From positions 122,264,001-122,328,000 of the forward strand of contig JANJGN010000001.1 of assembly GCA_026770705.1 (NCBI GenBank): a DNA stretch of 64,000 bases, written 5' to 3'. The stretch is from Isurus oxyrinchus. Lineage: Eukaryota. The translations under genes were made by a program, and so were the position numbers. Each line of letters opens with the position of its first letter. The stretch's first letter is position 1. Shown piece by piece: positions 62,261 through 64,000 of the stretch. The notes under the pieces are model-generated. The model was not told where the DNA came from. It did no database searches and worked only from the letters and a program-made list of their open reading frames with translations.

Positions 62261-62849
62261 AAAAAAAACTGTGCCATTGGCAACAAGTTCAGAGGAGGTA
62301 AATGCATCCAAGGCACCACCATTGCAGCAGTCATGCGCATCCTCCATCAACGCAGACACATTGACCTTGATGGAGTTTCACACAAGTTTAGAATGGATGG
62401 CACAAGGTAACCATCACTTCATGAGTGAGCAGGAGGAAGTGATGGAGGCAAATGCAGATGTAAGCACTCGAAGGAAGGGGGAGTTCCAGCCATGCTCAGC
62501 TAGACAGAGATCCAGAGCCTCGAGGTCATATACAAGGTGAGTCTTTCTGCAGCAGAAACAGAAGATGTCAAAATGATTTGCCTAAACATCAGAGTTTTCC
62601 AAGGTCGAGTAGGGCCTTCAGCATGTCTCTGGCATACGAGCACATGAACTCCTCCATCGAAAGAGCAGCCACCCTCATGAAAAACGATATGTGGCATCAT
62701 GCTGAGTGGATGTAGGAACATCATATTGCTATACACAGAATACATGCCATGAGTGTTTAGTTGCACTGATGGCACAGAAACCCTTGAGTGAGCATGCTGG
62801 ATGGAATCCATCTGAATGCTCAAAGCAGTGGAACTGCATTCTCAGTCTG

Positions 62850-63560
62850 ATGGCATGCCCATGTGCTAAGATGGTAGCAGTGTAATGACTCTGTGCCTCC
62901 ACTGAGGGGTTGAACACATGTTAGCAGACATTCCTTAAATGGATAATCTTGTTCTCTAGCAACCATCCATGTAATCTCTCAGGTGGCATGAACTCTTGTG
63001 GCTGCCTCACAAAGGTATCATGGCAATTGTCAGGAAACTTTGCATATACCTGCAGAAAACATTTTTGGTGGTTGCACACCAGCTGTACGTTAGGGAAGTG
63101 GAATCCCTTTATGTTGATAAATGTCTCTGGCTGCTCCACCAGGGCCATGTTGGCCACACGGGTGCAGCTAGTCACGCCCTACATCTGAGGAAATCCTGCC
63201 ATGGTTGCCAAGCCCATGGCTCTCTGGGCCTGGGTAGCCTCATCAGCCTGGAAGGCAATTTGATCCAATACTCGCTCTCTGATGCTTGTAAGATGCCACT
63301 CAGGTCCACTGCTGCCCCTTTAACGAACCAGAGGCAAAGTAGTTCAAGGCCACTGTCACTTTCATGGCAGCTGGCAGATGCATCCGCTCAACCGGCAGTG
63401 CCCAAGATCCTCTTCCACACAGGCACACAGTAACGCCCTGCCTCAAACGATGCAGCCTCTGACTATACTGATTCACCGACATGGCCAGGAAACTGAATCT
63501 TTGGCAGTACACCCTTTGGTGGCTGCAGCACCATCATGCCCCTCAGGCATCACTTCTGCC
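62850..63560 (-). pseudogene. PIF/Harbinger (HARBI1-like) transposase relic
   Basis: FINIKGFHFPNVQLVCNHQ..FLQVYAKFPDNCHDTF...GWLL and LP..MKVTVALNYFASGS match Harbinger transposase motifs. Frameshifted. Confidence 0.8.
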
Positions 63561-64000
63561 TCCCTCTGAACCAAGGGATTCCATGCATTGACGCAGCTGT
63601 CCTCATCACTACTTGGTACCACATCCAGGGATGGCCTCATTTGCCACCAGTTGCATGGCAACGGCTGTCTGAAACCTGCTGTGCCCTAATGATCTCTGCA
63701 GATGTACTTCCCCGCAAAAGCCTCAATGCCTCCACCTGAAACACACTGCGAGTTTGACTTATGCAATGGCTACTGTGTGCCTATGCATGAGCTGCTCTCT
63801 GCTTATTCCATAATTTATTCAGTGTCAAGAATGGTTCTTACTTCTCTAGATGGGTCCTGCTGTGCAGCTCCCTCATCTCCTCAGAGGTGCTGCCAGCCCA
63901 GCATGCTTCCTGTGCATTGTCGCAAAGTTCTGAATCAGCCTTTAAGTGGCTTATTAACTGCCTTAATTGATGAAGCGCCACTGTTGGGCGGGTTGCCGTG

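Noticed and set aside
1-64000. CRISPR arrays, operons or other prokaryotic systems
   Set aside because: Spliced vertebrate gene with eukaryotic repeats; no regularly spaced repeat-spacer array seen.

Overview
AT-rich vertebrate genomic DNA. The repeat complement (CR1/HER1-type LINEs, Deu-domain SINEs, Penelope-like fragments, PIF/Harbinger MITEs) points to a cartilaginous fish, most likely a shark (inference). One protein-coding gene is present: a KIAA0232 orthologue on the minus strand. I reconstructed seven coding exons by hand (59342-59205, 42648-42579, 38229-38145, 36830-33539, 28294-28186, 17277-17183, 15099-14917). They total 3972 nt = 1323 aa + stop with consistent splice phases. The first coding exon was not found and probably lies beyond 64000. 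A repeat-free 3'UTR runs to about 12.6 kb. Nearly all other short ORFs in the track are decayed transposon fragments or noise. Most notable observations: (1) short, TSD-flanked Penelope-type inserts carrying minimal hammerhead-ribozyme-like motifs, including two identical young copies; (2) a 112-bp-arm fold-back palindrome templated from a site 2 kb away, nested in a LINE that is nested in a SINE, with a 47-bp micro-inversion nearby; (3) a GC-AG intron and two NAGNAG acceptors; (4) FFAT-like and PDZ-binding motifs in the uncharacterised protein; (5) two Harbinger MITE families plus transposase relics; (6) a tailless tRNA(TGT)-derived insert with a 14-bp TSD. Family names come from memory, not database searches. 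Repeat boundaries without TSDs are approximate.
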